64,000 nucleotides of DNA, taken from an archaeon. Lineage in GTDB: Archaea > Nanobdellota > Nanobdellia > Woesearchaeales > UBA9642. A program made the translations under genes and the position numbers. Location: contig JAGVGF010000006.1 of assembly GCA_020057295.1 (NCBI GenBank), positions 128,001-192,000 of the forward strand. The letters run 5' to 3'. Below, in pieces: positions 1 to 10,560 of the stretch. The notes beneath the pieces are model-generated. The model did not search any database. It had not been told where the DNA came from and worked only from the letters and a program-made list of their open reading frames with translations. Every line of letters starts with the position of its first letter. The stretch's first letter is position 1.

Positions 1-320
1 ACAGCCATTCTAACACCTTTAGACTTAAATAGTTTAAGATTTCTCAAAACATGCGGGAACATCTTTATTTTAAACGTTTTAGCTAATAATCTCTTCTTTT
101 CTAAATATATTTCATGCTCTTGAGCTTCTGTGAATTTTATATTATGCCTTTTTGCAAACAACTCTATAGTCTGCTCATAACTCATTCCTTCACAAAGTGC
201 CAATTCTTCGTTTGTTATAGAAACATTATGATCCTTAAACGCCTTTCCCCAAGAGCTAATATGATACTTCATACTGTCAATAAGAACGCCGTCCATATCA
301 AAAATGATAATTTTTGTCAT
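1..320 (-). CDS. HAD-superfamily phosphatase (beta-phosphoglucomutase-like), runs off window start
   Basis: Manual minus-strand translation from ATG at 320: MTKIIIFDMDGVLIDSMKYHISSWGKAF, containing HAD motif I (DxDGxL). Not in the ORF track because truncated. Confidence 0.85.
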   Translation of the reverse strand, partial: MTKIIIFDMDGVLIDSMKYHISSWGKAFKDHNVSITNEELALCEGMSYEQTIELFAKRHNIKFTEAQEHEIYLEKKRLLAKTFKIKMFPHVLRNLKLFKSKGVRMA

Positions 321-364
321 AGAATCAAATCCTAATTAAAGTTATATTTATTAGTTAGATTTAT

Positions 365-1366
365 TTATAATTTCTTCTGTAATACTTGTCTATGATCGCG
401 CTCTGCCATCACAAAAGCTCTTGTATCTAACAATTTGGTTTTAGCCCCTAATCCAGATATTAGTGATTCTGCATTTAGCATTCCGAGTTTTAACGAGGAA
501 GATATATCTTTACCCATTATTATAGAAGCAACAAATCCTGAAGCAAATGCGTCTCCTGCTCCGGTAGTTTCTACAACTTTTACTTTGGCGGGTTTTGCGC
601 TATAAACATACTCGTCATAACTATTATAACAATGCGCACCGTTATGTCCATCCGTTATCACTATAATTTTTGGACCGAGCTTCGATACTTCAAATAATAG
701 GTTGAATATGTTATCAGTATTATCTGATACTAATGCCTGCGCTTCTTCTTTATTGAATATTAATATTTCTATATTTTTTATTATTCTTTTTATTTTGCTC
801 TTGTTAGTATTTATTAAATATATGCTTGGATTGTATGCTACGCTGATATTTTTACGTTTGGCATATTGTATAATTTTTTCTTGGGTTATTAAACTTTCCT
901 TTAGCATTGATGACGCATATATCCATTTAGAATCAATGTTTTTAAAATCTATATCGTTTCGTGACAGGTCATCATTGCATCCCTTATAAGTAAATATTGT
1001 TCTATCATCATGTACTGAATCTAATATTACTGAGTATCCTGAAATATCACCATATGCTCCTATAAAAGTTACATGTTCTTTAAATAAACATTCTAGAATT
1101 GTTTTACCATTATCATCTTTACCAATTTTTCCTAGATATGCTGTTTTTAGTCCTAATCTTGAGAATGCTACTGCAGTGTTTGTTCCGCCACCACCTATGA
1201 AAAATTTTAATTCTTTAATAAGTATTTTAGCACCTAACGGGTATGCTATATCTACATGTTTATGTATCCTTAATACTTCCGACTGTGTAGGATCTGTATG
1301 TACAAATACGTCAACAGTTGCAGAACCAATGGTTATAATATCATACTTGTTACCGAACGGAGCCAT
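365..1366 (-). CDS. PfkB/ribokinase-family carbohydrate kinase
   Basis: GGGGTNTAVAFSRLG and VVETTGAGDAFASGF PfkB signatures; GAGGTG SD precedes ATG at 1366. Confidence 0.9.
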   Translation of the reverse strand: MAPFGNKYDIITIGSATVDVFVHTDPTQSEVLRIHKHVDIAYPLGAKILIKELKFFIGGGGTNTAVAFSRLGLKTAYLGKIGKDDNGKTILECLFKEHVTFIGAYGDISGYSVILDSVHDDRTIFTYKGCNDDLSRNDIDFKNIDSKWIYASSMLKESLITQEKIIQYAKRKNISVAYNPSIYLINTNKSKIKRIIKNIEILIFNKEEAQALVSDNTDNIFNLLFEVSKLGPKIIVITDGHNGAHCYNSYDEYVYSAKPAKVKVVETTGAGDAFASGFVASIIMGKDISSSLKLGMLNAESLISGLGAKTKLLDTRAFVMAERDHRQVLQKKL

Positions 1367-1428
1367 ACACACCTCTTAATACTCAAATCATGAGTTAGAG
1401 TATTTATAAATTTTGTTTAGAACACTAT

Positions 1429-2436
1429 TTAGAATCTTATATTGTCTAGTATAGAATGTGCATTTGTACTGTTTAAGTGTTTAGAAAATTCATTCCATTC
1501 TTTCCCGAGTTTTGTGCTAAATTTTGTTTGTAACATTTTAGTTTCTTCATCACTAACTCTAACATATTGATCTATATCTATCAAGCCGTAAGGATATCCT
1601 AAAAATATAGGATCATTAGAATTTTTGTATAAAATAGAGAATATTTCTTGAATATCTCCTTCAAACTCTTTTTGTATTTCAAATCTAAAAACATAATCGG
1701 ATTTTTTGTTTAATTTTACGAAGTATAATTCTGCTAAATGTTTAGGATTGTTGTTTGTAACAATAGGGTAATAAGTCCAAGAATTTAATGAAGAAGTTTT
1801 ACCTAAATCTAATAATTTTTTTGTGATACTTAAACCGTTTTTTGTCACTAAAGTACATGTTTTGCTCAACGCACAAACTTTTTTGGTCAATAATAATTTA
1901 TCTAAATATTTATCCTCTAAAGGATATCTCGCTTCCATTGTTCCATCTAATAATATAAAATCTACATCCTTGCTGTGTATATATGCATATTCTAATTCTG
2001 CGAATCTGCGTATTATAGAAACAATTCTGCTAACACCACATTTTTCTATGCCGTTTTTTAATAATTCATCATCGGGATTAAATATCATATTATTAAATGA
2101 TTTGTCTGGATACGTTTTTACAATAAATTTTCCGTTGTCTTCACGTATAAAAATATAAAATTCTTCTTTATTGCGCGACAAACGTTTATTATTAGTATAA
2201 ATTATACTTCCTACTCGTATTATACCTATACAAAATTCTGCACTTTCAAACAAGACACTATTCCCTCCATCCACAAACATTATTTTGGAATCAGAATTAG
2301 AAGTTATGTTTCGGATTTCATGAAAATTTTCTTGACTAATTTTCAAAGGAGCATATTTAGAATTCATTAATAAATAATCATCGCCGACATCTTTTTTAGA
2401 AACTATATTTCTTAATTCTTTAACCAAATTATCCAT
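1429..2436 (-). CDS. nurA: NurA-family nuclease
   Basis: FVDGG, LLDG and C-terminal GYPYGL motifs typical of NurA. Confidence 0.7.
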   Translation of the reverse strand: MDNLVKELRNIVSKKDVGDDYLLMNSKYAPLKISQENFHEIRNITSNSDSKIMFVDGGNSVLFESAEFCIGIIRVGSIIYTNNKRLSRNKEEFYIFIREDNGKFIVKTYPDKSFNNMIFNPDDELLKNGIEKCGVSRIVSIIRRFAELEYAYIHSKDVDFILLDGTMEARYPLEDKYLDKLLLTKKVCALSKTCTLVTKNGLSITKKLLDLGKTSSLNSWTYYPIVTNNNPKHLAELYFVKLNKKSDYVFRFEIQKEFEGDIQEIFSILYKNSNDPIFLGYPYGLIDIDQYVRVSDEETKMLQTKFSTKLGKEWNEFSKHLNSTNAHSILDNIRF

Positions 2437-2509
2437 AATCTGAAGAATAAAGAATGATATAAAAATGTTATTAAAAAGAATTAGAATAAAAAAATAATTG
2501 ATAAAAAAA

Positions 2510-2623
2510 TTATATTTCCTTCTCTGGATGGAAAGGTTTGCACCTTTTTACAAAAAGCTGCACCAAAAACATAAAGGTTGCCAAAGGCAACTCTTATATC
2601 CCTTTTTCTGGATGGAATGGTTT
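2510..2623 (-). repeat. Diverged direct duplication of a gene 3' end flanking a 54-bp double-hairpin spacer
   Basis: 2510-2539 vs 2594-2623 match at 25/30 nt (KPFHPEKEI* vs KPFHPEKGI*). Spacer holds GTTGCC-aaa-GGCAAC and TGCA-c-CTTTTT-ac-AAAAAG-c-TGCA. Confidence 0.8.
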
Positions 2624-3214
2624 TGGCATTTCGTATAATGTCTTTAATTTTAAGTATTGTTTAATAGTGTTTTGTAATCTATATACAGTCTTGTATAGGT
2701 TGACTTTGTGAGTTTCAATCTGTTCCTTATATATTCTATTTCTAAATAATTTATCTACTTTTTTTAGTATTGGATGTGTAACCCATTCGCCTTTGTAATC
2801 TAACTGTAACCATGCTTCTATATCTATTATGCAATCTCCACGATCTGTCTTCATCTTATAACCTTGATGCATTATCTCTATACTTTTCATGTTAATAGTT
2901 GTGAAATCTATCTTAATAAAATATCTATAATAATCACTATTTGTCGGATCTTTAACACAACGCCATCTAATTCTATGTTCCTTAGCTCCTGTTCCTAAAA
3001 TTCTTTCTAGATAGAATACTTCAGGATTTCCGGAAGTTCCACGCTCGCCATAAATATCTCTGAATCCTTCTTCATCAAGCCAATCATGTATTAATTTGTA
3101 AAGGTTTTTCATGTGGAATGTTTCTTCATTCTCAACCATTACCTTAGCCACTAGAATATCTTTACTACCCTTATCAGGAGTGTCCCTCTTTTCAAACTTA
3201 AACAATTTACCCAT
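2594..3214 (-). CDS. Hypothetical protein (206 aa, soluble)
   Basis: Long ORF with normal composition and an upstream TATA-like box; no recognised motif. Confidence 0.7.
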   Translation of the reverse strand: MGKLFKFEKRDTPDKGSKDILVAKVMVENEETFHMKNLYKLIHDWLDEEGFRDIYGERGTSGNPEVFYLERILGTGAKEHRIRWRCVKDPTNSDYYRYFIKIDFTTINMKSIEIMHQGYKMKTDRGDCIIDIEAWLQLDYKGEWVTHPILKKVDKLFRNRIYKEQIETHKVNLYKTVYRLQNTIKQYLKLKTLYEMPKPFHPEKGI

Positions 3215-3303
3215 ACATTCACAATATAAGGTTTATTATTTAAAAATTTTTGTATTGGAATGTTTAATAATATATTAAAAAAAATTAGAGAAAAATTAAT
3301 TAA

Positions 3304-3654
3304 TTAGAATACTCCTGCCGCTAACAATGCATATAGCATAAATCCTAATGCTAATACTATCGCAACGATTATAATTGTTAGCCATGCTGTTCGAGTTGCT
3401 GAACTAACAGTTTCTACCTTAGTAGTACTCGAGATACTGCTTACAGTAGTGGTTGTATTAGTTTGAGTATTTGTAGTTTCATCAGAAAGATTGTTTAACA
3501 ATGCATCTGTTGACTGAGCATTCGTTGTATCAACGCTTGTCTCTGGTACTTGTATCGGTGCTTTTAACGTTCCAGTCTTCTTCTTCGTTGTCTTAGGAGC
3601 TTTCCTTTTGACAGTTTTAGTTACACTCTTTTTTTTAGATTTTGATTTAGCCAT
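3304..3654 (-). CDS. Small tail-anchored membrane protein (Lys-rich N-terminus, Thr/Ser-rich linker, C-terminal TM)
   Basis: MAKSKSKKK..., TTNTQTNTTTT linker, hydrophobic AWLTIIIVAIVLALGFMLYALLAAGVF. Confidence 0.7.
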   Translation of the reverse strand: MAKSKSKKKSVTKTVKRKAPKTTKKKTGTLKAPIQVPETSVDTTNAQSTDALLNNLSDETTNTQTNTTTTVSSISSTTKVETVSSATRTAWLTIIIVAIVLALGFMLYALLAAGVF

Positions 3655-3726
3655 ACACCATGAGTATAACAACCCATATTTAAAGTTTAGTCCCTACTAT
3701 AGAATAAAAAATACCGTTAAGGGTGT

Positions 3727-4953
3727 TTAATCAAGCCATTCTTTGTTTTTGATCTTTTCTGGAAGATATTTCTCAGAAATAAAACTAATACCTTTAGACG
3801 AAAGGGACTGGATTTCTACTTTGGCATCGAATTCTTTCATCATTTTGAATTGTCGTTGCCAATCTTTGTGTTTTGCGAACCACTCATAAGCCTGCATCTG
3901 CTTAATTCTTGATCTGTCCTGATCTGTTAATTTAATGAAATGTCTTTTTAAGTCGTATTTAACAATATCATCCATTGACACTCCTAAGAATCTTACATCT
4001 GGAATTGCCATCTCATCAGCCATGTGTGCAAGTGCAATACTTCCAAATTTAATTACACTATAAATATAAAATCCATATATATCTCCATCTGTAAGTACAA
4101 GTATGGGTAAATTGTGTTCTTTAGATAGTCTCTGTAATAACCTTCTTATTCCCCTGGTTGTCTGTCCTTGAGAAGACATGATTATACAATTCTGTTTTTC
4201 CCAGAATCTATCTTCATGTAAACGCTCCCAAACAGCTGCCTTTTCCATGTATATTACAAATTTTGCATCAACCTTCTTGAATTTAATATTTTCAACATTA
4301 CTTGGAATAGACCATCCTCCAGAACCAAGTTTAGACCAATCAATAGTATCACCCATATCTTCAATTACAACTTTTCCTGCAACTGAACCCATTTTGTTCG
4401 CATTTACATTTAAGTTTTCTCTTGAAAATCCCGTGATTAATTCCATATCCTCAATAACTTTATCAGTCTCTTTTTGATCATCAACAATATTTATTTTAGT
4501 ATTTGGAATAGTACGCTTTGCCATATAAAATACATCTCGCAGACTTGCGTGTTTTTGAACATCAAGAAGAGTTTTACATATTGCTGCAACTTCTATAGTT
4601 TGCAAAAATTTCTTTGAATGAGCTGCATTGAAGAAGAATCTTTGAGCAGTTTTATCTCCAAGTCCTAAAGTCTTAGATTCTTTATCATAAATAACATTAC
4701 TAAGTCCCCTGACAGCTAACTCTATTTTTGGATTTTCACCTTTCTTAATATCTGAAACTACTGACTTACCTAAATTTATTAATTCCTCTCGAGGAGTTCC
4801 AGTCTTTCCATTAGCTGCCTTACGCTCAGCATTCGATGCATTAACATTTCCAGTTTTATGAACATCTTTAGAAGTGTTTGATTGTGAGAATGTCATCTGT
4901 ACTTCTTTCTCTCCTTCAGCTTCTTTAACTGCTTTTTTTGTTTTTGGTGCCAT
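3727..4953 (-). CDS. top6A: DNA topoisomerase VI subunit A
   Basis: SLRDVFY catalytic Tyr motif, TOPRIM EK and DGD motifs; adjacent to top6B. Confidence 0.96.
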   Translation of the reverse strand: MAPKTKKAVKEAEGEKEVQMTFSQSNTSKDVHKTGNVNASNAERKAANGKTGTPREELINLGKSVVSDIKKGENPKIELAVRGLSNVIYDKESKTLGLGDKTAQRFFFNAAHSKKFLQTIEVAAICKTLLDVQKHASLRDVFYMAKRTIPNTKINIVDDQKETDKVIEDMELITGFSRENLNVNANKMGSVAGKVVIEDMGDTIDWSKLGSGGWSIPSNVENIKFKKVDAKFVIYMEKAAVWERLHEDRFWEKQNCIIMSSQGQTTRGIRRLLQRLSKEHNLPILVLTDGDIYGFYIYSVIKFGSIALAHMADEMAIPDVRFLGVSMDDIVKYDLKRHFIKLTDQDRSRIKQMQAYEWFAKHKDWQRQFKMMKEFDAKVEIQSLSSKGISFISEKYLPEKIKNKEWLD

Positions 4954-4984
4954 TTTTTATTCTAATATATTTTTTAGTAATGTT

Positions 4985-6673
4985 TTACTCGTCTGATTCC
5001 TGAAGTTCATCATCCGTATCATCATCTGATGCAGACTTTCTTGATTTATCATCCTCTTCATCTGCATCTCCTTTTAATGATTCCATCTCGAATATTTGTT
5101 GTTTTATTTCTTCTTTATTTGTCATTGCTTTTAATTGTTCCAATAACAATACCTTATTTTCTCCTGTTAATCTTGATAATGCATCAGCTACTTCTGGCAT
5201 GTATCTCTCGAATAAATTAGCCCTTTCTAACTGATTTTGTACCCTATGCTTTTTAGCTACATATAATTGTAATTTTCGTCCGGCTTCTTGTAATCCTAAC
5301 TTTATCTCTTTAATTATTTCTGGATAATGAGCAAGGGCTTCTTTAGATTCTGATGTGAATGGAACCCATACTGAACACATGTGTATTAATATCGTTAATG
5401 GACCAGACGGTATTGAACCATTACTTTGCTGTATGCCATAAGATTTCCAATTTGTGCCAACCACAGACTTTGTAAATGCACAGGCACCTTGTTGATATAA
5501 TAATGGAACCCTGTTCGCAAATCTTAATATTGTTACTTGATCTTCCTTACTTTGTGTTCCACCATATGCTAATCCTACTTCTATCTGAAAAGGATTTCCC
5601 CTATAAACAAATATAGGTCTAGTTATAGTAACATAAAATTCTGCATTAATTTCTTTTTTCAGACTTTTTTCTAATAATTCCTCTCCTATCGGACTTAGAC
5701 AATCTGTTGTAGGAGCCATAATTTTTGTATCTTTGAATGCATGCATTAACTTTTCTGCATCTTGCATACTCATATCTTCAGGTTTTTTTCTAGGATCAAT
5801 CAACGCCTTTTCACATATCTCTTTAGCTGTGCCTGGACCAATTCTTGATAAATCGTTTAGTAAGAAACTATTTAATGTTCTAGCCTCAGTATTTTTTAAT
5901 AATTTCATTAATATTCCTAATTCTAAACCGTAAGGATGAGGCTTAATTTCTAGTGGTTCTTTAGGTAGTTTATCTGTTGCCCGAGCATAAATAAACTGTT
6001 CTGCTTTAGGATTAGTATAAATTATTGTTGCATGTGGATTGACTATTGCAGTCTCTTTAAGATATTGATCTACAGATTGATCCCCCTTAATGTAGCTTCC
6101 CTCTAAATCCATCTCGATTTTTGTACCATGATCTTTAGAATCCCAAGGTTTTATTTCATCAATCATTATTTCTGGACTATTATTTTGAGTATTTAAGTGT
6201 AATTCCATGTAATGTGCAGGTTTATTTTGTTCGGTCTTTGATATAATTTTTGTAGGTCTACCAGTTGTTAATTGAGAAAACATTACAGCTGCAGAAATTC
6301 CTATACCCTGCTGTCCTCTTGATTGTCTTAATCTATGAAATTTGCTTCCGTAAAGAAGTTTTGCGAATATTTTTGGTATTTGTTCTTTTACAATTCCTGG
6401 ACCATTATCTTCAACAATAATTCTATACCTATTTTCTGCCATTTCTATTATTTCTACACTTATCTCAGGCAGTATTTTTGCCTCTTCAGAAGCATCTAAT
6501 GCATTGTCTACTGCTTCCTTTATAGCTGTAAGTAATGCTTTTCGCGGATTATCAAACCCTAATAGATGTCTATTTTTTTCAAAGAATTCCGCTACAGATA
6601 TCTCTCTTTGTTTCTTAGCCAAATCTTCAGCAGTTATCTTTTTAGTCTTATCGGACTTATCCTTTTCAGCCAT
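4985..6673 (-). CDS. top6B: DNA topoisomerase VI subunit B
   Basis: [22 protein letters not shown] motifs [24 protein letters not shown]. Confidence 0.97.
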   Translation of the reverse strand: MAEKDKSDKTKKITAEDLAKKQREISVAEFFEKNRHLLGFDNPRKALLTAIKEAVDNALDASEEAKILPEISVEIIEMAENRYRIIVEDNGPGIVKEQIPKIFAKLLYGSKFHRLRQSRGQQGIGISAAVMFSQLTTGRPTKIISKTEQNKPAHYMELHLNTQNNSPEIMIDEIKPWDSKDHGTKIEMDLEGSYIKGDQSVDQYLKETAIVNPHATIIYTNPKAEQFIYARATDKLPKEPLEIKPHPYGLELGILMKLLKNTEARTLNSFLLNDLSRIGPGTAKEICEKALIDPRKKPEDMSMQDAEKLMHAFKDTKIMAPTTDCLSPIGEELLEKSLKKEINAEFYVTITRPIFVYRGNPFQIEVGLAYGGTQSKEDQVTILRFANRVPLLYQQGACAFTKSVVGTNWKSYGIQQSNGSIPSGPLTILIHMCSVWVPFTSESKEALAHYPEIIKEIKLGLQEAGRKLQLYVAKKHRVQNQLERANLFERYMPEVADALSRLTGENKVLLLEQLKAMTNKEEIKQQIFEMESLKGDADEEDDKSRKSASDDDTDDELQESDE

Positions 6674-6755
6674 TATTGAGAGAGTTCAGGAAGGGATTAA
6701 TAAATATTTCTATTGAGTAGCATATAAAGGAATAAAATAAACGTTTAACAGCGTC

Positions 6756-7250
6756 TTAGAATAGTGTTGAAAGAACCAACAATATTAGTATTAAAGTATA
6801 GCTTACGAAATTTATTAAGAAGGATAATTGTAAGGATTTAATCCAAGGATTTTTACATTTTTTTCTTAAAAATAGTCCTATTATCGGAAATTCTGTAAAT
6901 GCACTTAGTATAAATGCTGGATAAAGCATGATAATTGTAGCTCTAGGATCTTTAGAACCCCAAAGTATCAAAAAAGATAATATAAAACCAATTATTGTTG
7001 ACACAATGTTTGCACATGCAACCATTAACGCATCATAGCCAAATTTCAAATCTATCTTGTTATATTTCAGTACGAAATAAGTTACGATAGATTCTACTAA
7101 AACTATAGGTATTAATAAAATTATGCCAATCAGACCATAAATATTCATTAATGCAGGCATGTAAGTATCAGCAGCAACAAAAGGTAGAAATATTAAAGAT
7201 GCAATAATGTAAGGTAAAATGTTTTTCATGGTGTTCATTTTGAAATTCAC
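6756..7250 (-). CDS. Hypothetical multi-pass membrane protein
   Basis: About five hydrophobic segments. Confidence 0.65.
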   Translation of the reverse strand: MNFKMNTMKNILPYIIASLIFLPFVAADTYMPALMNIYGLIGIILLIPIVLVESIVTYFVLKYNKIDLKFGYDALMVACANIVSTIIGFILSFLILWGSKDPRATIIMLYPAFILSAFTEFPIIGLFLRKKCKNPWIKSLQLSFLINFVSYTLILILLVLSTLF

Positions 7251-7352
7251 AATATTTAATGATAAACTAAGTTAATAAATGTTTTTATAACTTTAATTAA
7301 ACGAGATAAAAAAATAAAATAAAAAAATAGATATGAACAAATAGTTTGATGT

Positions 7353-8882
7353 TTAATTAGTGCCGTTCTGCAATTCTATAATCTGTTTTATTATTTCTAA
7401 TAATTGATTATATAACTGCTTTAATCTCAAATCTTTATTCATTGTGTCCGTAGGCACTGTTGGCATCGGAACAGGAGTAATCACATTTTGATTACCAACA
7501 TTTACTGTTATAGTACTTTTAGCACTTTGACCATTCTCATTCATTACTGTGAACGTTACAGTGTATTTTCCAGCATTGCTGTAAGAATGTGTAAATGTTG
7601 AATCTTGTGTAACCATAGCTATATTAGTTGCTGCATCAGATGACACACCAATATATTGTGGTCTGTCTCCCCAATCAACCATATATCTCAAGTTCTGCCC
7701 ATTATCCTGAACACTTAAACTCCATGTGCCTTGCTCATTAACATTCAATTTTTGTGGCCCGCCAACACTTTCAATAACTGGTTCGTTAATTACGGGAAGT
7801 ATTAGTTTTGGTCTTACATCAACTAGTTTTGATGCAACATTGTTATTCATATTCAATTCATTGTCGGTTTTAACACTAACTTTGAAAGTGTACTGTCCAA
7901 TTGAATTATAAGTGTGTGCTGTGTGTAATGTTACAACATCTCCAGGTTTAATTGTTTGATAAGATCCTGTTGCCATTCCAGTACCTGAACCATCACCGAA
8001 TTCATAGTTTATAGAATAATAGGATGCATCTGCATTACCATAATTTTTTAGTCTGATTGTAAAATCTACTGTATCTCCTACGTATATAGGATTATTAAAT
8101 TCTACATCACTGATTGCTAAATCCGGATTAGAGATAGGAACAATTGCGTTATCAACACGAACTGTTATTGTTGATTCTGCTGTTAATCCTTTTTCATCTA
8201 TTACAGTAAATCTTACAGTATATTTTCCAGAATTAGTGTATGTGTGACTAAATGTTGAATCCTGTATTGCTATTGATTCAGCCATGGCTTTAGAACTTCC
8301 AACATTAAATATTACTTTTGGTCTATCTCCCCAATCAACTTTATATCTTAAATTCTGTCCATCATCATGTGCACTAATCTTCCAAATACCATTTTCATTA
8401 ACAGCAAGATTTTGTGGTCCAGAAACTTCATCAATAACTGGTGCAGTGTTTACATTAATTATATTTTTGCTTAAATAATATGTAAATTCGACCATTCCTG
8501 TTTGAAATAATGTTGATGGTGTTAATTTTAAAACCGTATTTGAATCTTCATTTGAGGTTATAGTAGAATATAATTTCATGTGTGTATATACTGCACAAGA
8601 ATTAACATTCTGATTTAAGGTACATACAGTGAAGTCGATTCTAGGATTTGGATCGTTGCCTTCGTACGCAATATTATTTAGTTGTACACGAAAATTTGAA
8701 CCTGGTATATCATAACTATCATGTAAACCTATTTGAAAAGAACGTTGCTGTATTGCTATCTGTGATGTTGATATAGCGTTTGCTTCTTCTATACTGGTTG
8801 CTGTTGCTAAAGGCATACTCAGTACTAATCCGATTAAAAAAATACTAAACAAAAAGTTTTTTACATTATTTTTTATATTCAT
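7353..8882 (-). CDS. Secreted/surface protein with PKD-CARDB-PKD domains
   Basis: Signal peptide; two PKD repeats (YxVDWGD...FxHxYxNxGKYTV); CARDB-like PDLAISDV...ELNMNNN; GGGGG SD before ATG at 8882. Confidence 0.85.
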   Translation of the reverse strand: MNIKNNVKNFLFSIFLIGLVLSMPLATATSIEEANAISTSQIAIQQRSFQIGLHDSYDIPGSNFRVQLNNIAYEGNDPNPRIDFTVCTLNQNVNSCAVYTHMKLYSTITSNEDSNTVLKLTPSTLFQTGMVEFTYYLSKNIINVNTAPVIDEVSGPQNLAVNENGIWKISAHDDGQNLRYKVDWGDRPKVIFNVGSSKAMAESIAIQDSTFSHTYTNSGKYTVRFTVIDEKGLTAESTITVRVDNAIVPISNPDLAISDVEFNNPIYVGDTVDFTIRLKNYGNADASYYSINYEFGDGSGTGMATGSYQTIKPGDVVTLHTAHTYNSIGQYTFKVSVKTDNELNMNNNVASKLVDVRPKLILPVINEPVIESVGGPQKLNVNEQGTWSLSVQDNGQNLRYMVDWGDRPQYIGVSSDAATNIAMVTQDSTFTHSYSNAGKYTVTFTVMNENGQSAKSTITVNVGNQNVITPVPMPTVPTDTMNKDLRLKQLYNQLLEIIKQIIELQNGTN

Positions 8883-9095
8883 TTTTCCCCCTGCGATGCA
8901 TTTTGTATCATTTGTATCGCTCAATTATTTTTTAAAATTTAATTTCTTTAATAGGGTATAAACTATCTGTTATAAATAACCTTTTTAGAATTCCAATGAA
9001 GTAGAAGTCATAAAGCAAATTGTTTATATAGAAATTTGTTGACTTTAAATAACATAGAAGTTATGCGTGAATTTATGCTAATAGAGATACAAAAT

Positions 9096-9692
9096 TTAGA
9101 ATCCTGATTCTTCTACTGATCTTTGTTTCATTATCTTCTTTTGTCTTTCTAACCATTTGTATACATTAGCATGTGGACTTCCACCAAGTAATGATTCTAC
9201 AGCTCTCTTACATGCACTTACATCCTCTACATTACCAATCATACTAATAGTTTTACCATATACGGATATTGAACAATCAGTTAATCCTTCGATGGTATTT
9301 CTTGATTTTCCATCTGCACCAATAACTCTTCCCTTTAATCTTTGCTGATGTGATTTTTCTTTAGAATAATCATTTAATGAAACTACTTCTAGAATATAAT
9401 CTTGTTTTAATAATTGTTTAGCAATTTCTGGATTAAATCCTCGGCTTATTGCCTTAATAACTTCTCTTAATGCGAATAAATTTATTGCATCCTTGCCTGT
9501 TAATGTTACATCCCCTTCTTTACTATCAATATTAATTTTACAAGAGGTCTCTTTCTCTAAATCATTCTTAGTTTCGCCTTTTGCACCGATAAGTACAGCG
9601 ATTCTGTCTTTAGTTATACGTAAATCGTAACTATACTCTTCTTTGTTTTGTTCTACAATATTGTCTGATTCCCCCATAAGAAATAGAAACAA
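9096..9692 (-). CDS. KH-domain pre-rRNA processing protein (Pno1/Dim2)
   Basis: RIAVLIGAKG and RLKGRVIGADGKSR KH GxxG motifs, GSPHANVY; near rio1. Confidence 0.92.
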   Translation of the reverse strand: MFLFLMGESDNIVEQNKEEYSYDLRITKDRIAVLIGAKGETKNDLEKETSCKINIDSKEGDVTLTGKDAINLFALREVIKAISRGFNPEIAKQLLKQDYILEVVSLNDYSKEKSHQQRLKGRVIGADGKSRNTIEGLTDCSISVYGKTISMIGNVEDVSACKRAVESLLGGSPHANVYKWLERQKKIMKQRSVEESGF

Positions 9693-9738
9693 TCAACGGT
9701 TTTTAAAGTAGATTATTTGAAGAATATATAGAACGATA

Positions 9739-10440
9739 TTATTTCTTGGCTATTTTCCATAATAAATCAAAATGTTTCTTATACATTTGAGCTACTAATT
9801 TCGATTTAATTACAACAGCAACAAGTGAAGGATCCCAAATATTGATGTTAATTTTATCTCCATAAATAAATGTAGCAACAGGACTACTGTATTCGCTTGA
9901 AATATAACGCACTTCAGTATAATATGCTGGAGGGTTTTTCTCAGTATAAATTCCAAAGTAGGGGATTTTCTTTGCTTTTGCATCTCTGACCCATTGTGCT
10001 GCAAATACTGGAAGTTTTTCTCTAAGTTGCCCTTTAATACCAAAGCCATATATCGGTTTTCCATCGCGAATCATATCTCGCCACGCAGATTTCATGCCTT
10101 CATCTCCTTTATAGACTTCTACAGAGATTTCATCACTCATAATATTATTTAATCGAAGAATTTCTGGAAATAATGAATCGAGAATATTTCTTTTTTCTTC
10201 CAGTAATTCGTAAAGATTTTTAGGGTTTGTTACTTGAAATTTAAGTGTTTTGCCTTCCTTAAAGTAAGTTATTAATCCTTTTTCTTTGAGTTGTTCAAGG
10301 ATGTCATAAATGTTTGTTCGATGAAAACCTGAGTCTTTTGAAATATCTTTTACAGTGCATAACCCTAATTTTAATACGGTAAAATAAATTGTTGCCTCAG
10401 CATCAGTAAAACCTAATTGTACAAGTTCTTTCGGGTTCAT
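9739..10440 (-). CDS. TrmB-family transcriptional regulator
   Basis: LGFTDAEATIY...HRTNIYDILEQLKEKGLI wHTH plus effector domain. Confidence 0.88.
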   Translation of the reverse strand: MNPKELVQLGFTDAEATIYFTVLKLGLCTVKDISKDSGFHRTNIYDILEQLKEKGLITYFKEGKTLKFQVTNPKNLYELLEEKRNILDSLFPEILRLNNIMSDEISVEVYKGDEGMKSAWRDMIRDGKPIYGFGIKGQLREKLPVFAAQWVRDAKAKKIPYFGIYTEKNPPAYYTEVRYISSEYSSPVATFIYGDKININIWDPSLVAVVIKSKLVAQMYKKHFDLLWKIAKK

Positions 10441-10472
10441 TGAATCTACTTGGATGTCTGTTTATTTAAAGT

Positions 10473-10525
10473 TGTCTATTTATAGACACACATTGTTTAT
10501 ATATTAGTATTACTACACAGTAGTA
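10473..10525. promoter_or_regulatory. Palindromic operators in the TrmB/binding-protein divergent promoter
   Basis: TGTCTA-ttta-TAGACA (10473-10488) and TACTA-cacag-TAGTA (10511-10525), each next to a TATA-like box. Confidence 0.55.
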
Positions 10526-10560
10526 TATTAATTAATTTTATTCGATAAGGGGATGATACA

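Noticed and set aside
114-335. 73-aa plus-strand ORF
   Set aside because: Antisense to the HAD phosphatase gene
2510-2623. Diversity-generating retroelement TR/VR pair
   Set aside because: Only 30 nt; on the coding strand adenines differ in both directions (three in the gene, two in the copy); no reverse transcriptase in the window
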